Shown here piece after piece: positions 40,836-53,456 of a DNA stretch of 64,000 nucleotides (positions within the stretch are counted from its first letter, which is position 1; each line of letters begins with the position of its first letter). Source of the DNA: an uncultured Chloroflexia bacterium (GTDB lineage Bacteria > Chloroflexota > UBA6077 > JACCZL01); assembly GCA_963765765.1 (NCBI GenBank), contig CAVXYC010000020.1, positions 224,001-288,000 of the forward strand, given 5' to 3'. A program made the translations under genes and the position numbers. The notes under the pieces were generated by a model that made no database searches, was not told where the DNA came from, and saw nothing but the letters and a program-made list of their open reading frames with translations.

Positions 40836-41955
40836 GCCGAAACCTCCGTGAGCTCGAGCTTTTTGGGAGAGCCGGGTCATCACTCGAGCACCGTTCTCCT
40901 GCATCACCACCAGATCTTCGATACGGACGCCGCCCCAGCCGGGCAGATAGATGCCCGGCTCCACGCTGAAGACCATGCCGGTTTGAAGCACCGTCTCACC
41001 GCGGATAGGGGACACCCATGGCGGCTCGTGCACTTCCAGTCCAATCCCATGACCGGTACTGTGGCTGAAGTGCTCCTTGAACCCGGCCTTCTCAATGACT
41101 GCCCGTGAGAGCTGATCCACATCCGTGCCGGTCATGCCGGGGCGCATCTCTCGTTCGGCCACTTCCTGCGCCTCGAGTACGATCCCGTAGACCTCTTTCA
41201 GCCTATCCGGCGCCGGGCCAATGCACACTGTTCGTGTCATATCCGAACAGTAGCCGTCCTTCAGCGCACCGATATCGATCTTGATCGGCTCACCGCGCTG
41301 GAACTGGCGATCTGTTGGTATTGCGTGGGGCATGGATGCATTGGGCCCACTGGCGACGATGGAGCTGAATGAGGTCCCATCTGCCCCGTGTGTTCGGAGA
41401 TAGCGCTCCACTTCCCAGGCAATCGCCTTCTCGGTCTGCCCAGGCCGAACCTCGGTAAGGACATGCGCCAGACATTCGTCCAGTACGTCGATCGCCGCCT
41501 GGAGCATCTCAAGCTCTTTCGCGTCTTTGATGATGCGCAGTCGATCCACGAGGTCTTGCGTAGGCACCAACTCAATGTCGCCCTGCAGTGCCTCGCTGAA
41601 CTTCGAGTAGATGCCGTAAGGGAGGTGGATGGCTTCAAAAGCGATCTTCTTGGCACCCATTGCGCTCAGGCGCTCCTTCATGAGGTCAGTCGCCTTAGCG
41701 CCCGCGGAGTACGTCACTACTTCGTAATCGGGGGCTTCCTGGGCCGCCTGCTCGTTAGTGCGAGTGTCCGTAAACAGATTCAGCCGAAGTCTTGGTGATG
41801 AGGAGATAACCTGCCGAGTCTCGTGGAGGCAGATCGTGTCCGCGATACCCGCTCAAGTAGTAGCGCGACTCCGGTTGGCTGATGAGAATTCCATCGACCT
41901 CGGCGGAGTCGAGCTCCGCTCGAAGCCGCGTTACTCTATCGAGATACGCCGACAT
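40832..41955 (-). CDS. Xaa-Pro peptidase (M24B), with indels near 41785 and 40872
   Basis: N-domain YYLSGY...LFTDTR; catalytic IDIG, YCSDMTRT, HSTGHGIGLEVHE, VEPGIY, GVRIED; corrected C-terminus ends in a GTGA overlap with efp. Confidence 0.88.
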
Positions 41956-44188
41956 ACTTGTTGCTACTCCTAACTCGACTTCCGCCGCCTCGGCCGGCGG
42001 CGACGGCCGTCTTCTTCTCTTTTCCCACACCGACGCTTCCATTCTTCTTCGCTGTTCCATTGCCTTTGTCGGATCCACTGCTTTCACTTACAGCCTCGCG
42101 GACCGGCATCGGGTCACAGGTGAGACAGCGCAATCGATCGCGACCAGCTTGAACCTGCAAGCCGCCGCACTTGGGGCACGGCTCTGGCACTGGCCGTTGC
42201 CATGCGCTCCAGTTGCAGGTCGGATAGTTGACGCAACCAAAGAAGGTGCGCCCTTTGCGTGACTTGCGCTCCGCGATGTCGCCACCGCACTGAGGGCAAT
42301 CCACTCCTACCTTGGAGACGATCGGCTTAGCGTTCTTGCAGTCCGGAAAGCCCGTGCAGGCGAGGAATCGACCGAATCGACCCATCTTGATGGCCATCGG
42401 TTTGCCGCACTTCTCGCAAACTTCGTCAGTCATCTCGACTGGAAGTTGCTGACGGGGCACATCAGCCATTGCCTTCGAAATGTGCTCTTCCAGCGGGTCG
42501 TAGAACTCCTGGATAACCGGCACCCAGGCGCGTTCGCCACGGGCGATGTCATCCAGCTTCTCTTCGAGATTCGCGGTGAAGTCGAGATCGACGAACTCCG
42601 CGAAATTCTCGACGAGAAGGTCGTTCACCACGAGCCCAAGTTCCGTCGGCTTGAAACGTCGTTCGATTCGCTCCACGTAGCGTCGATCCTGGATTGTCGA
42701 GAGCGTGGGTGCATAGGTACTCGGTCGTCCGATGCCCTTTTCTTCGAGCGCTTTGACCAGCGTCGCCTCTGAGTAGCGGGCCGGGGGCTGGGTGAAGTGC
42801 TGCTCAGGCATCAACTTCAGTAGATCCAGCGCCTCGCCCTTAGTGATCTCGGGAAGCGGTGGCTTTGCGTCTTCGTCCGACTCGTCGTCATCACGACTCT
42901 CGCGATACACGCTCAGGAAGCCGGGGAAGCGCACCCGGGATCCACTGGCCCGGAAGAGGTTGGTACCTGATCTTCGCCCAGGGCATCCACTTCCAGTGTC
43001 GTCACATCGTAGACGGCCGAAGCCATCTGGCTAGCCACGAATCGCTTCCAGATAAGATCGTAAAGTCGAAACTGGTCCGCGTTGAGAAATCGACGGATAG
43101 CATTTGGCTCGCGTGAAACAGACGTAGGCCGCACAGCTTCGTGGGCCTCTTGGGCCAGACGACTCCGGGTGCGATACACCCGTCGATCCGACGGGACGAA
43201 GTCAGCGCCAAATTTGGACGCGATGTACGATCGCGCCTCATCCTGTGCGGAATCCGCGATGGCGACTGAGTCCGTTCTCATGTACGTGATGAGACCGCTC
43301 GTTTCACCTTCACCAATATCGAGGCCTTCATAGAGTGCCTGCGCCACGGCCATGGTCTTTTTGGCCGTAAAGTTGAGCTTTCGATTCGCCTCTTGTTGGA
43401 GCGTGCTGGTGGTGAACGGCGCGGCGGGGTGTCGCTGCTGATCCCGCGGTCCGGACGTCACGGACAGTGTACTTTGCTCCCTGCAAAGCGTCCACGACGG
43501 CCTGGGAATCAGTAGCTGACCCGAGCGCGACCTTCTTACCAGCGCGCTCGATGAGCGCCGCTACGAAGTGCTCCGCAGGTTGCCCATGCTTGGACAGATC
43601 GGCCTCGATGGACCAGTACTCGACCGGCACGAACGCCTCGATCTCTCGTTCGCGATCCACGACCAATCGCACTGCCACGGACTGCACCCGGCCAGCCGAA
43701 AGGCCACGCCGCACTTTTTTCCACAGAAGCGGGCTCAGCCGATAGCCAACAAGGCGGTCCAGCACGCGGCGAGCCTGCTGAGCGTCCACGCGCATGTTGT
43801 CTACTTCACGGGGGTGCGCCAACGCATCGAGCACCGCACCCTTCGTCACCTCGTGAAACTCCACGCGCTGCATGGGCACACCTGAGTTGACCAGTGTTTG
43901 AGCCAGATGCCAGGCGATTGCCTCACCTTCACGGTCAGGGTCAGTCGCCAGAAAGACGTTATCTGCCTTCTTTGCCTCGGCGCGGAGCTGCTTGACTATG
44001 TCAGCCTTCGCCTTTGGCACCACGTACTGCGGCAAAAAGCCGTCGTCCACCTTCACGCCAAGTGATTTTTCCGGCAGGTCACGCACGTGCCCGAGGCACG
44101 CCTTTACGATATATTCCGGGCCCAAGTACTTGTCGATGGTCCTGGCTTTGGCCGCGGATTCCACTACAACGAGGTTCCGCATTGCCAC
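41936..44188 (-). CDS. topA: DNA topoisomerase I, with frameshifts near 43448 and 42965
   Basis: VVVES, ATDPDREGE, SAGRVQS, PFTTSTLQQ, LITYMRTD (catalytic Tyr), QEAHEAVRPT, GIGRPSTY, C-terminal zinc ribbons, spread over three frames. Confidence 0.95.
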
Positions 44189-45298
44189 TTAGTTTCCAAT
44201 CCTTACGTAGTATTGCCCGCCCAGTTGGCGAGCCATTCCCTTGAGCTCCATCATCGCCAATGTACCACCGAGTATGGACATGGGCAACCGAGCCACCCGA
44301 CCGATGTCATCGATGTGCATCGGGTCATTAGACAGTAATGCGAGCACAACTGCCTCCTCATCTGTGTCTGCTTCTGGAGGCGCGGGCGCCAACTCCGCCC
44401 CGGTCAATGCAAGATCCTCAAGTATGTCATCGGCGCTTGTTACAGGCTTCGCGCCGTCCTTAATCAGGGTGTTCGTACCGCGACTCACTGGGCTAAAGAT
44501 GCTGCCAGGCACGGCGTACACGTCACGCCCCTGCTCGAGAGCAAAGTCCACGGTGATCAGCGCGCCGCTCTCTTTATCGGCCTCGATAACCAGCGTCCCA
44601 CTGGCGAGCCCAGCGACAATGCGGTTTCGGCGTGGGAAATTTGGCGCGTCAGGCGGCTCGCCCAGCGGGAACTCCGAGACGAGCGCACCTGATCCTACCA
44701 CACGCTGTGCCAGCCCCTTGTGCTCTGCCGGGTAGATCCGGTCTACGCCGCTGCCCAGAATCGCGAGTGTGCGACCACCCACGGCCAACGCAGAGGTGTG
44801 CGCAACCGCATCAATGCCACGCGCTAAGCCACTCACGATGGTGACACCAGCCCGTGCTAATTCCCCTACTATCTTGTCTGCCGCCTGACGACCATACGCA
44901 GTTGCACGGCGCGTGCCTACGACAGCGATAACTGGCTCGTCGGCACGGGGTAGCTGACCTTTTACGAAGAGAACCGCTGGAGCGTCAGGGACATCTTTCA
45001 AACGGGCAGGGTATGCGGGATCAATCACTCTGACCACTTCAACGCCGGCCGCGCGAATTCGATTCCCAAGCTCGGCAGGGTCTAACCGCTTCCGTTGTTC
45101 GATCAAGGCGCTACGTGCCCGGCGCTCCAGGCCCGCGTCTACGAGCGCTCGTGTATCCGCATACCAGGCGGATCGAGCGTCTCCGAACATTTCTATGAGC
45201 CGCTTAAGACGAGCGGGACCGATCCCCTTCACCTCGGTCAGCAGCGCCCAGAAGATGCGCTCGTCCACGAAGCTCGACTGTACGAGGCCTGGAATCAA
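44189..45298 (-). CDS. dprA: DNA-processing protein DprA
   Basis: VVGTR, SGLARGID, FPRRNRIVAG, SGALIT, VPGSI, C-terminal winged helix; upstream of topA. Confidence 0.96.
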   Translation of the reverse strand: MIPGLVQSSFVDERIFWALLTEVKGIGPARLKRLIEMFGDARSAWYADTRALVDAGLERRARSALIEQRKRLDPAELGNRIRAAGVEVVRVIDPAYPARLKDVPDAPAVLFVKGQLPRADEPVIAVVGTRRATAYGRQAADKIVGELARAGVTIVSGLARGIDAVAHTSALAVGGRTLAILGSGVDRIYPAEHKGLAQRVVGSGALVSEFPLGEPPDAPNFPRRNRIVAGLASGTLVIEADKESGALITVDFALEQGRDVYAVPGSIFSPVSRGTNTLIKDGAKPVTSADDILEDLALTGAELAPAPPEADTDEEAVVLALLSNDPMHIDDIGRVARLPMSILGGTLAMMELKGMARQLGGQYYVRIGN

Positions 45299-45330
45299 CT
45301 AGAGCCAGCTTTTTGAGCTCGTGTAAAAAG

Positions 45331-45346
45331 TTGGCATGCCCCGTGC
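45331..45346 (+). promoter_or_regulatory. Sigma54-like -24/-12 promoter
   Basis: TTGGCATGCCCCGTGC has GG-N10-GC spacing and resembles TGGCAC-N5-TTGC; about 50 nt upstream of a small ORF. Confidence 0.5.
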
Positions 45347-45394
45347 GCTGGTGCAATGCCCAGAGCAATTGGCTCGTGTGCGGAGGTAAAGACC

Positions 45395-45469
45395 ATGTAC
45401 AGCATCCTGTATATCATCGGCGCAATCGTCGTGATTTACGTCGTGCTACGCGTCCTCGGGATCGCGTAG
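45395..45469 (+). CDS. 24-aa single-TM microprotein MYSILYIIGAIVVIYVVLRVLGIA
   Basis: GGAGGT SD 7 nt before ATG; wholly hydrophobic helix; sits alone in an intergenic gap. Confidence 0.75.
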   Translation: MYSILYIIGAIVVIYVVLRVLGIA

Positions 45470-45561
45470 GCTCGACGACGGCATATCCTAGTCGATTCGG
45501 CTGAGCTGCATCCGAATGGAAATGGCTCCGCTCTGGCGGGGATTCGCGTCTGCGACGATAT

Positions 45562-45602
45562 CAGCATTTGAGCCGCACCCATGCGGTGCGGCTCAAATGC
45601 TG
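45562..45602. terminator. Perfect 18-bp hairpin at the 3' end of tpiA
   Basis: CAGCATTTGAGCCGCACC-CATGC-GGTGCGGCTCAAATGCTG between convergent genes; no clear U tail. Confidence 0.6.
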
Positions 45603-46364
45603 TCAATCGGCAGCGAGTCGAACGATGGTGCCAAACGCCGCTGGTACCAGGCTGGCGCCGCCGACGAGGGCGCCATCAATTTCGGACTGCTCGATGATGC
45701 TCGCAAAGTTGTCAGCCGTGACGCTTCCACCGTATTGGATGCGGATCTGAGCGGCTGAGTCCGCCCCGAGAATCGACTCAACTGTAGTCCGGATGAACCC
45801 GATCACGTCGTTCGCTTGCTCCGGCGTAGCTGCACGCCCGGTTCCAATAGCCCACACAGGCTCATAGGCAACGATGAGCGCATCGATCCTGTCTGCCTGC
45901 AGGCCCTGCAGCGCCCCCCGAAGCTGACCGCCCACGACCGTCTCGGTGCGACCAGACTCGTTTTCCTCCAGTCGCTCACCCACACATAAAATGGGCAGAA
46001 GCCCGGCTTCAAACACGGCCGAGACCTTTTTTGCAATGATCTCATTCGTCTCATTGAAATACTGCCGCCGCTCTGAGTGGCCTACAATGACGTACTCCGC
46101 GATCCCCTTCAGCATTGGGGCCGAAATCTCACCGGTGTACGCGCCTTTCGGCTCGAAATAGCAGTTTTGCGCGCCTACTCGGATGCCCGTTCCAAGAAGA
46201 TATTCCGCTACCGTACTCAGAGAAATGAAAGGCGGGCATATCACCCGGTCAACCGTGGGAACTTGCACGAGATCGGGGATCATCGATTGCACGAGCTGTC
46301 CCGCCTCGGAGACGCTCGTGTTCATCTTCCAGTTTCCTGCAATGATTGGCGTTCGCTCGCTCAC
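45603..46364 (-). CDS. tpiA: Triosephosphate isomerase
   Basis: AGNWKM, GHSERR, AYEPVWAIGTG, YGGSV, LVGGASL. Confidence 0.98.
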   Translation of the reverse strand: MSERTPIIAGNWKMNTSVSEAGQLVQSMIPDLVQVPTVDRVICPPFISLSTVAEYLLGTGIRVGAQNCYFEPKGAYTGEISAPMLKGIAEYVIVGHSERRQYFNETNEIIAKKVSAVFEAGLLPILCVGERLEENESGRTETVVGGQLRGALQGLQADRIDALIVAYEPVWAIGTGRAATPEQANDVIGFIRTTVESILGADSAAQIRIQYGGSVTADNFASIIEQSEIDGALVGGASLVPAAFGTIVRLAAD

Positions 46365-47533
46365 TGAAGCGCCGCCACACCGGGCAATGTGCGCCCCTCG
46401 ATGAACTCGAGCGCCGCACCGCCGCCGGTCGATACGTGGGTCATCTTCTCCGCGAGTCCAAGCTCTTCTACGGCCTGCACCGATTCGCCTCCGCCAACAA
46501 CAGTTACGGCACCAGAATCGGCGATGAGCTGAGCGATGCGCTTGGTGCCTTCGGCAAACTGGGCAATCTCAAAGACGCCCATCGGTCCATTCCAGAAAAT
46601 CGTTCGAGCTCCTGAAATGATCCTTCCGTAGCGCCCCACGGAGTCCGGTCCGATGTCCGCGACAATCCCGTCCGCGGGAATGGCATTGGCGGGCACCACT
46701 TCCCGATCGCCTTCAGGAGACAGGTTCCTCGTTACGACCACATCGGTTGGAATCTCAATCGTCACTCCCCGCTCGGCAGCTCGCTTGAAGAGTGCTTGGG
46801 CATTGGGAATCTGATCGACTTCCAACAGCGATTTCCCAACTTCGTATCGCTGCGCCTTCAGGAACGTGTTTGCCATTCCGCCGCCAATGAGCAGGCCATT
46901 CACCCGGTCCACGAGACTCTCCAGCACAGCGAGCTTGGTGGAGACTTTGGCGCCGCCGATGGCGGCGATGAATGGTGACTCGGCTCCATGCAGCAACGAG
47001 TCGAGGACTGTGACCTCGCGCTCCAGCAGCAATCCTGCTGCCGATGGCAGCAGGTGCGCCAGACCCTCAGTAGAAGCGTGCGCTCGGTGTGCCGTCCCGA
47101 ATGCGTCATTCACGTAGACCTGCCCGTTTGCCGCGAGCTGCTGCGCGAATGCCGTGTCGTTCTTCTCTTCAGCGCCGTGAAATCGAACATTCTCCAATAC
47201 GGCGACATCGCCAGGCTGGAGTTCTTGAACCACGGCCGCGGCCGCGGGGCCGATGCAGTCGGAGGCAAAGCGCACAGGCAAACCGATAAGCTTTGACAGG
47301 TCATCGGCAACGGGCTTGAGCGACAACGCCGGTTTGACCTCACCATCAGGCCGACCAAGGTGCGAGATCAGCACCACGCGGGCATTCCGTTCACGCAGCC
47401 AGGCAACTGTCGGGAGAGTCGCACGAATTCGGGTGGCGTCTGCCACCCGACCTTCTTTGTCCATGGGCACGTTGTAGTCGACCCGGACGAGGACGGTTTT
47501 GCCGTCCACGTCCAGATCCTTGAGCGTTCGCAT
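46361..47533 (-). CDS. pgk: Phosphoglycerate kinase
   Basis: RVDYNVP, SHLGRP, NDAFGTAHRAHAS, WNGPMGVFE, STGGGA. Confidence 0.97.
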   Translation of the reverse strand: MRTLKDLDVDGKTVLVRVDYNVPMDKEGRVADATRIRATLPTVAWLRERNARVVLISHLGRPDGEVKPALSLKPVADDLSKLIGLPVRFASDCIGPAAAAVVQELQPGDVAVLENVRFHGAEEKNDTAFAQQLAANGQVYVNDAFGTAHRAHASTEGLAHLLPSAAGLLLEREVTVLDSLLHGAESPFIAAIGGAKVSTKLAVLESLVDRVNGLLIGGGMANTFLKAQRYEVGKSLLEVDQIPNAQALFKRAAERGVTIEIPTDVVVTRNLSPEGDREVVPANAIPADGIVADIGPDSVGRYGRIISGARTIFWNGPMGVFEIAQFAEGTKRIAQLIADSGAVTVVGGGESVQAVEELGLAEKMTHVSTGGGAALEFIEGRTLPGVAALQ

Positions 47534-47544
47534 GATGAGCGCGC

Positions 47545-49926
<2,382 letters not shown>

Positions 49927-50045
49927 TCAGGACCCTCCCCGGGAATATCTGAATCAAGAATAGCACAGGGTACTTTGAGCTGCGGCGAGCTTGGCGAGTT
50001 CGATGTCGGCCGGGAAGGGAAGCTAGGAAGATGGAGCGCTAAGTG

Positions 50046-51437
50046 TTACGCCAGTCCCGCCGACGGGGCCGGGGCCCCTTCAGTCTGGGGGCTACCGACG
50101 GGCGCGGGTCGCACATGGAGAAGCAAACCCTCAATCCCGGTTACCTCCACTTCAGTGCCTGTATCAATGACGCCATTATCAGACACTGCCGACCAGAGCT
50201 CACTCTGGACAAAGACCATTCCACGTGGATTAAGCGTAGTGCGTACGGTCCCGCGAGCACCCAACATGCCCTCACGGCCTGTGACCACTTTCCGCCTTCG
50301 AGTCTTGGCCGCGGCCCCGATAACGAAGATCGAGAACGCGGCCATGCATGTCACCACAGCGCCGATGGCCTGAAACGAAATCTGCAAGTACGGCGCGCTG
50401 GAGGGCGCGTTGATGAGCAGCATGGAGCCCAACACAAACGAGATCAAACCGCCGGCCGTCAACACACCATGGGTCGGAGTAATCACGTCCGCTGCCAACA
50501 GGAGCATCGCCAGGCCCATGAAAAGCAGGCCCGCATAGTTAATGGGCAAACTGCCAAGCGCAAAAAGCCCGAGCAGCAAACAAATGCCGCCGATGACGCC
50601 AGGAAGCATCGACCCAGGATTACTGAGCTCGAAAAATAGGCCCATCGTTCCAAGACTGATGAGCAAGTAGGCGATTGTCGGATCCGTAATGACGTGGAGA
50701 AACGACTCGATGACGTTCATCTCAAGCCGTTGCGTCGGCGCGTCGGCTGTCTTGAGCGTCACGTTGCCGCCAGCCGTCTCGACCGTCCTTCCGTCGATCT
50801 GCTGAAGTAGCGATCGCTCGTCAGACGCGATGAGCTCAACAACACCCAGACGCACAGCTTCTTCCGCGTGGACGTTTACACCCTGTCGCACCGCCTGCTC
50901 TGCCCAATCGGCGTTTCGATGGCGCTGCTCGCCGAGCGATCGAATGTACGCGGCAGCGTCGTTGGAGACCTTCGCGCGCATCTCGTCGGACATCTGCTGC
51001 TCGCCGTTCTCGCCCATGGATACCGGCGTGGCGGACCCGATATTTGTTCCCGGCGCCATTGCGGCGATGTGCGCGGCATACGTGATGTAGACGCCCGCGG
51101 ATGCAGCTCGCGCACCCGACGGTGCGACATAGACTGCCACTGGGACGCGCGATGAAAGAATACGGCGAATGATCTGGCGCATCGATGTATCGAGCCCGCC
51201 AGGGGTGTCCATTTCAATGAGGACTAACGCCGCCCCGGTCTCTTCACCCTGGGTGATGGCGCGATCAACGTATCCCGCGAGGACAGGATTCACGACGCCG
51301 GTGAAGGGCACCACAATGACCGACGGCTGCTGAACCTGCGCGCTTGCGCCAAGCGCTAGACCACTCAACCCAAGTAGAAGAGCGACGGCCGCGACGCTCA
51401 CGCGAACCAAGCTGACCAACGGCAGCAGGCGGTACAT
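50046..51437 (-). CDS. nfeD: Long NfeD protein (ClpP-like serine protease domain, TM domain, OB-fold)
   Basis: Signal peptide, DTPGG, AASAG (catalytic Ser), MAPGTNIGSATP, TM bundle, C-terminal ELWSA. Confidence 0.9.
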   Translation of the reverse strand: MYRLLPLVSLVRVSVAAVALLLGLSGLALGASAQVQQPSVIVVPFTGVVNPVLAGYVDRAITQGEETGAALVLIEMDTPGGLDTSMRQIIRRILSSRVPVAVYVAPSGARAASAGVYITYAAHIAAMAPGTNIGSATPVSMGENGEQQMSDEMRAKVSNDAAAYIRSLGEQRHRNADWAEQAVRQGVNVHAEEAVRLGVVELIASDERSLLQQIDGRTVETAGGNVTLKTADAPTQRLEMNVIESFLHVITDPTIAYLLISLGTMGLFFELSNPGSMLPGVIGGICLLLGLFALGSLPINYAGLLFMGLAMLLLAADVITPTHGVLTAGGLISFVLGSMLLINAPSSAPYLQISFQAIGAVVTCMAAFSIFVIGAAAKTRRRKVVTGREGMLGARGTVRTTLNPRGMVFVQSELWSAVSDNGVIDTGTEVEVTGIEGLLLHVRPAPVGSPQTEGAPAPSAGLA

Positions 51438-51510
51438 GCCTCGATTGTACTGCGTGAGTGCTGAATTGCCTGGTAATTGAGCGATCGATACGAAGTATGA
51501 GGTGCAGGTT

Positions 51511-51615
51511 CTTTTGGACTGCGGCGGTTCTCGCCGCTTCCTCGCGAGGCTTGAAGCCGTCCTCGGCGTCACTGCGCTCGGTAAGAAAGCGGTGAAGACC
51601 GCCCGCAATCCAAAG
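51511..51615. repeat. REPIN-like inverted pair of the TTTGGA(C/T)TGCGG type
   Basis: TTTGGACTGCGGCGGTTCTCGCCGCTT versus reverse-complemented right arm TTTGGATTGCGGGCGGTCTTCACCGCTT; each arm is palindromic; just after the glyA stop. Confidence 0.7.
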
Positions 51616-51627
51616 CTTGAGCTTGCC

Positions 51628-52917
51628 CTAAATCCTCTCCAGCTGATCCGCGATCGCTCTCACTTGCGGCCGCAGAGCGCGGAGCTTGGCCTCGTCGCCG
51701 ATGTTCTCGGCCACGTCCGAGACGATTTTCGCCACCGCACGCATTTGGGCCTCGGTAGCGCCACGCGCCGTGAGGGACGGTGTGCCGAACCGCACGCCGC
51801 TGGTCTGCCACGGAGATCGCGTCTCGCCGGGCACGGTCGATTTACTCACGATGATCCCAACGGACTCGAGCGCCTTCGCAAACGTTGCTCCCGTGAAGTC
51901 GCGATCGAACAGCTTGATCACCAGGAGATGGTTGTCTGTCCCGCCCGAAAGGAGGGTAAAACCGTGCTTGACCAGCGCATTGGCCAGCTCCTTCGAGTTT
52001 TTCACGATGGCCTTGGAGTAGGTCTTGAACTCAGGCGTTCCGGCCTCGTGGAAGCAGACCGCCTTCGCGGCGATAGCAGACATCGTGGGCCCGCCCTGGA
52101 TGCCCGGGAAGAGAGCTCGATCGATGCCCTTAGCCAGGCCTTCGCGACACAGCACCAGGCCTCCGCGCGGACCACGGAGCGTTTTGTGAGTCGTCGTCGT
52201 CACAATATCGGCATACGGAAACGGGCTCGGATGAACGCCCGCCGCTACAAGGCCGGCGATATGAGCGATATCCGCCATGAACATCGCTCCCACGCTATCT
52301 GCGATCTCCCTAAACTTTGGGAAGTCGATTGTGCGGGGATATGCAGAAGCACCGGCGACAATGAGCTTGGGCTTGTGCTCTTTTGCCAGCCTGGCAAGCT
52401 CGTCGTAGTCGATGTACTCAGTGTCAGGATGAACCTTGTACGAAGCGATCTTGAACTGTTGGCCTGAAAAGCTGACGGGACTTCCGTGGGTGAGATGGCC
52501 GCCGTGGCTCAGATCCATTCCAAGAATGGTGTCACCGAGCTCCAGGGCACCGTAATAGGAAGCCATGTTGGCGCCCGACCCGGAATGTGGCTGGACATTA
52601 GCGTGCTCGGCGCCGAACAGACTCTTCGCACGATCGATCGCAAGCTGCTCGATCTCATCAACAATACCGACACCCTGGTAGTAGCGCCCACCGGGATAGC
52701 CTTCGGCGTACTTAACGTTGAGATGACTGGACAGCGCTTGAAGAACTGCCGGCGACGCATAGTTCTCGCTTGCGATAAAGTTGAGCGTACGATTGTGTCG
52801 CTGACGATCGCGATCGAGCAGTTGAGCGATTTCCGGGTCGCTCTGCTTCAGGGTTGCGGTTGGTCGAAGTTGACCGGACGCGGCGCCTGTCCGCGGTCGC
52901 TCGATTGTGGTGGCCAT
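51628..52917 (-). CDS. glyA: Serine hydroxymethyltransferase
   Basis: IASEN, KYAEGYPG, GGHLTHG, TTTHKTLRGPRGG, FPGIQGGP. Confidence 0.98.
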   Translation of the reverse strand: MATTIERPRTGAASGQLRPTATLKQSDPEIAQLLDRDRQRHNRTLNFIASENYASPAVLQALSSHLNVKYAEGYPGGRYYQGVGIVDEIEQLAIDRAKSLFGAEHANVQPHSGSGANMASYYGALELGDTILGMDLSHGGHLTHGSPVSFSGQQFKIASYKVHPDTEYIDYDELARLAKEHKPKLIVAGASAYPRTIDFPKFREIADSVGAMFMADIAHIAGLVAAGVHPSPFPYADIVTTTTHKTLRGPRGGLVLCREGLAKGIDRALFPGIQGGPTMSAIAAKAVCFHEAGTPEFKTYSKAIVKNSKELANALVKHGFTLLSGGTDNHLLVIKLFDRDFTGATFAKALESVGIIVSKSTVPGETRSPWQTSGVRFGTPSLTARGATEAQMRAVAKIVSDVAENIGDEAKLRALRPQVRAIADQLERI

Positions 52918-53046
52918 GCTCTCTCCCTATGCGTTGATTCTAGGCGCTGAATTTCGGTGAATCAATCCGCCGACAAAAGCCGGCACCGTTGATGCCAGCG
53001 GCTCGCCGTTTACCGACAATTGTCACATCTTTCATCGGAGAATCCC

Positions 53047-53427
53047 ATGACGGCAGGTCCCGTTATCGCCCTGGTTGATGATCTCATGACGGTCTCGCGG
53101 CTGGAATCCGCCGCCAGCGCCGCCGGATCGGCGATCAACTTTCCAGCAAACGAGCCTGAGCTAAGAAATGCCATCGAGGCAGCCGAAGGTAAGTCCGCCA
53201 TTCTGCTCGTTGGTCTGGCCGCGACAAGCCTGCCGTGGGAGACGCTGGTACCCTTCTGTCACTCCGTGGCCGGTGCAGAGGGCGTGGACCTACGGGTCAT
53301 AGCATTCGGACCGCACATGGACTTGAAGTTGCGTGAGCTGGCTAAAGACGCTGGCATCGAGGAGATCTGGGCGAATTCAAGACTGATGACTGACCTTCCC
53401 AAGCTGCTCACATCATCCGCCACGTAG
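53047..53427 (+). CDS. Small receiver-like (CheY-fold) protein, atypical
   Basis: VIALVDDLM first strand, IAFGPH, alternating beta/alpha pattern; LLVGL where the phospho-Asp is expected. Confidence 0.6.
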   Translation: MTAGPVIALVDDLMTVSRLESAASAAGSAINFPANEPELRNAIEAAEGKSAILLVGLAATSLPWETLVPFCHSVAGAEGVDLRVIAFGPHMDLKLRELAKDAGIEEIWANSRLMTDLPKLLTSSAT

Positions 53428-53456
53428 CGGCGCATCGGCGCAGGGAGACGACGTCC

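Noticed and set aside
41936-44188. topA as a three-part split gene or programmed frameshift
   Set aside because: No slippery heptamers or internal SD-starts seen; each break is fixed by one base, matching the window-wide error pattern
52918-53046. ZTP or glycine riboswitch upstream of glyA
   Set aside because: Conserved core motifs not found; only a generic hairpin
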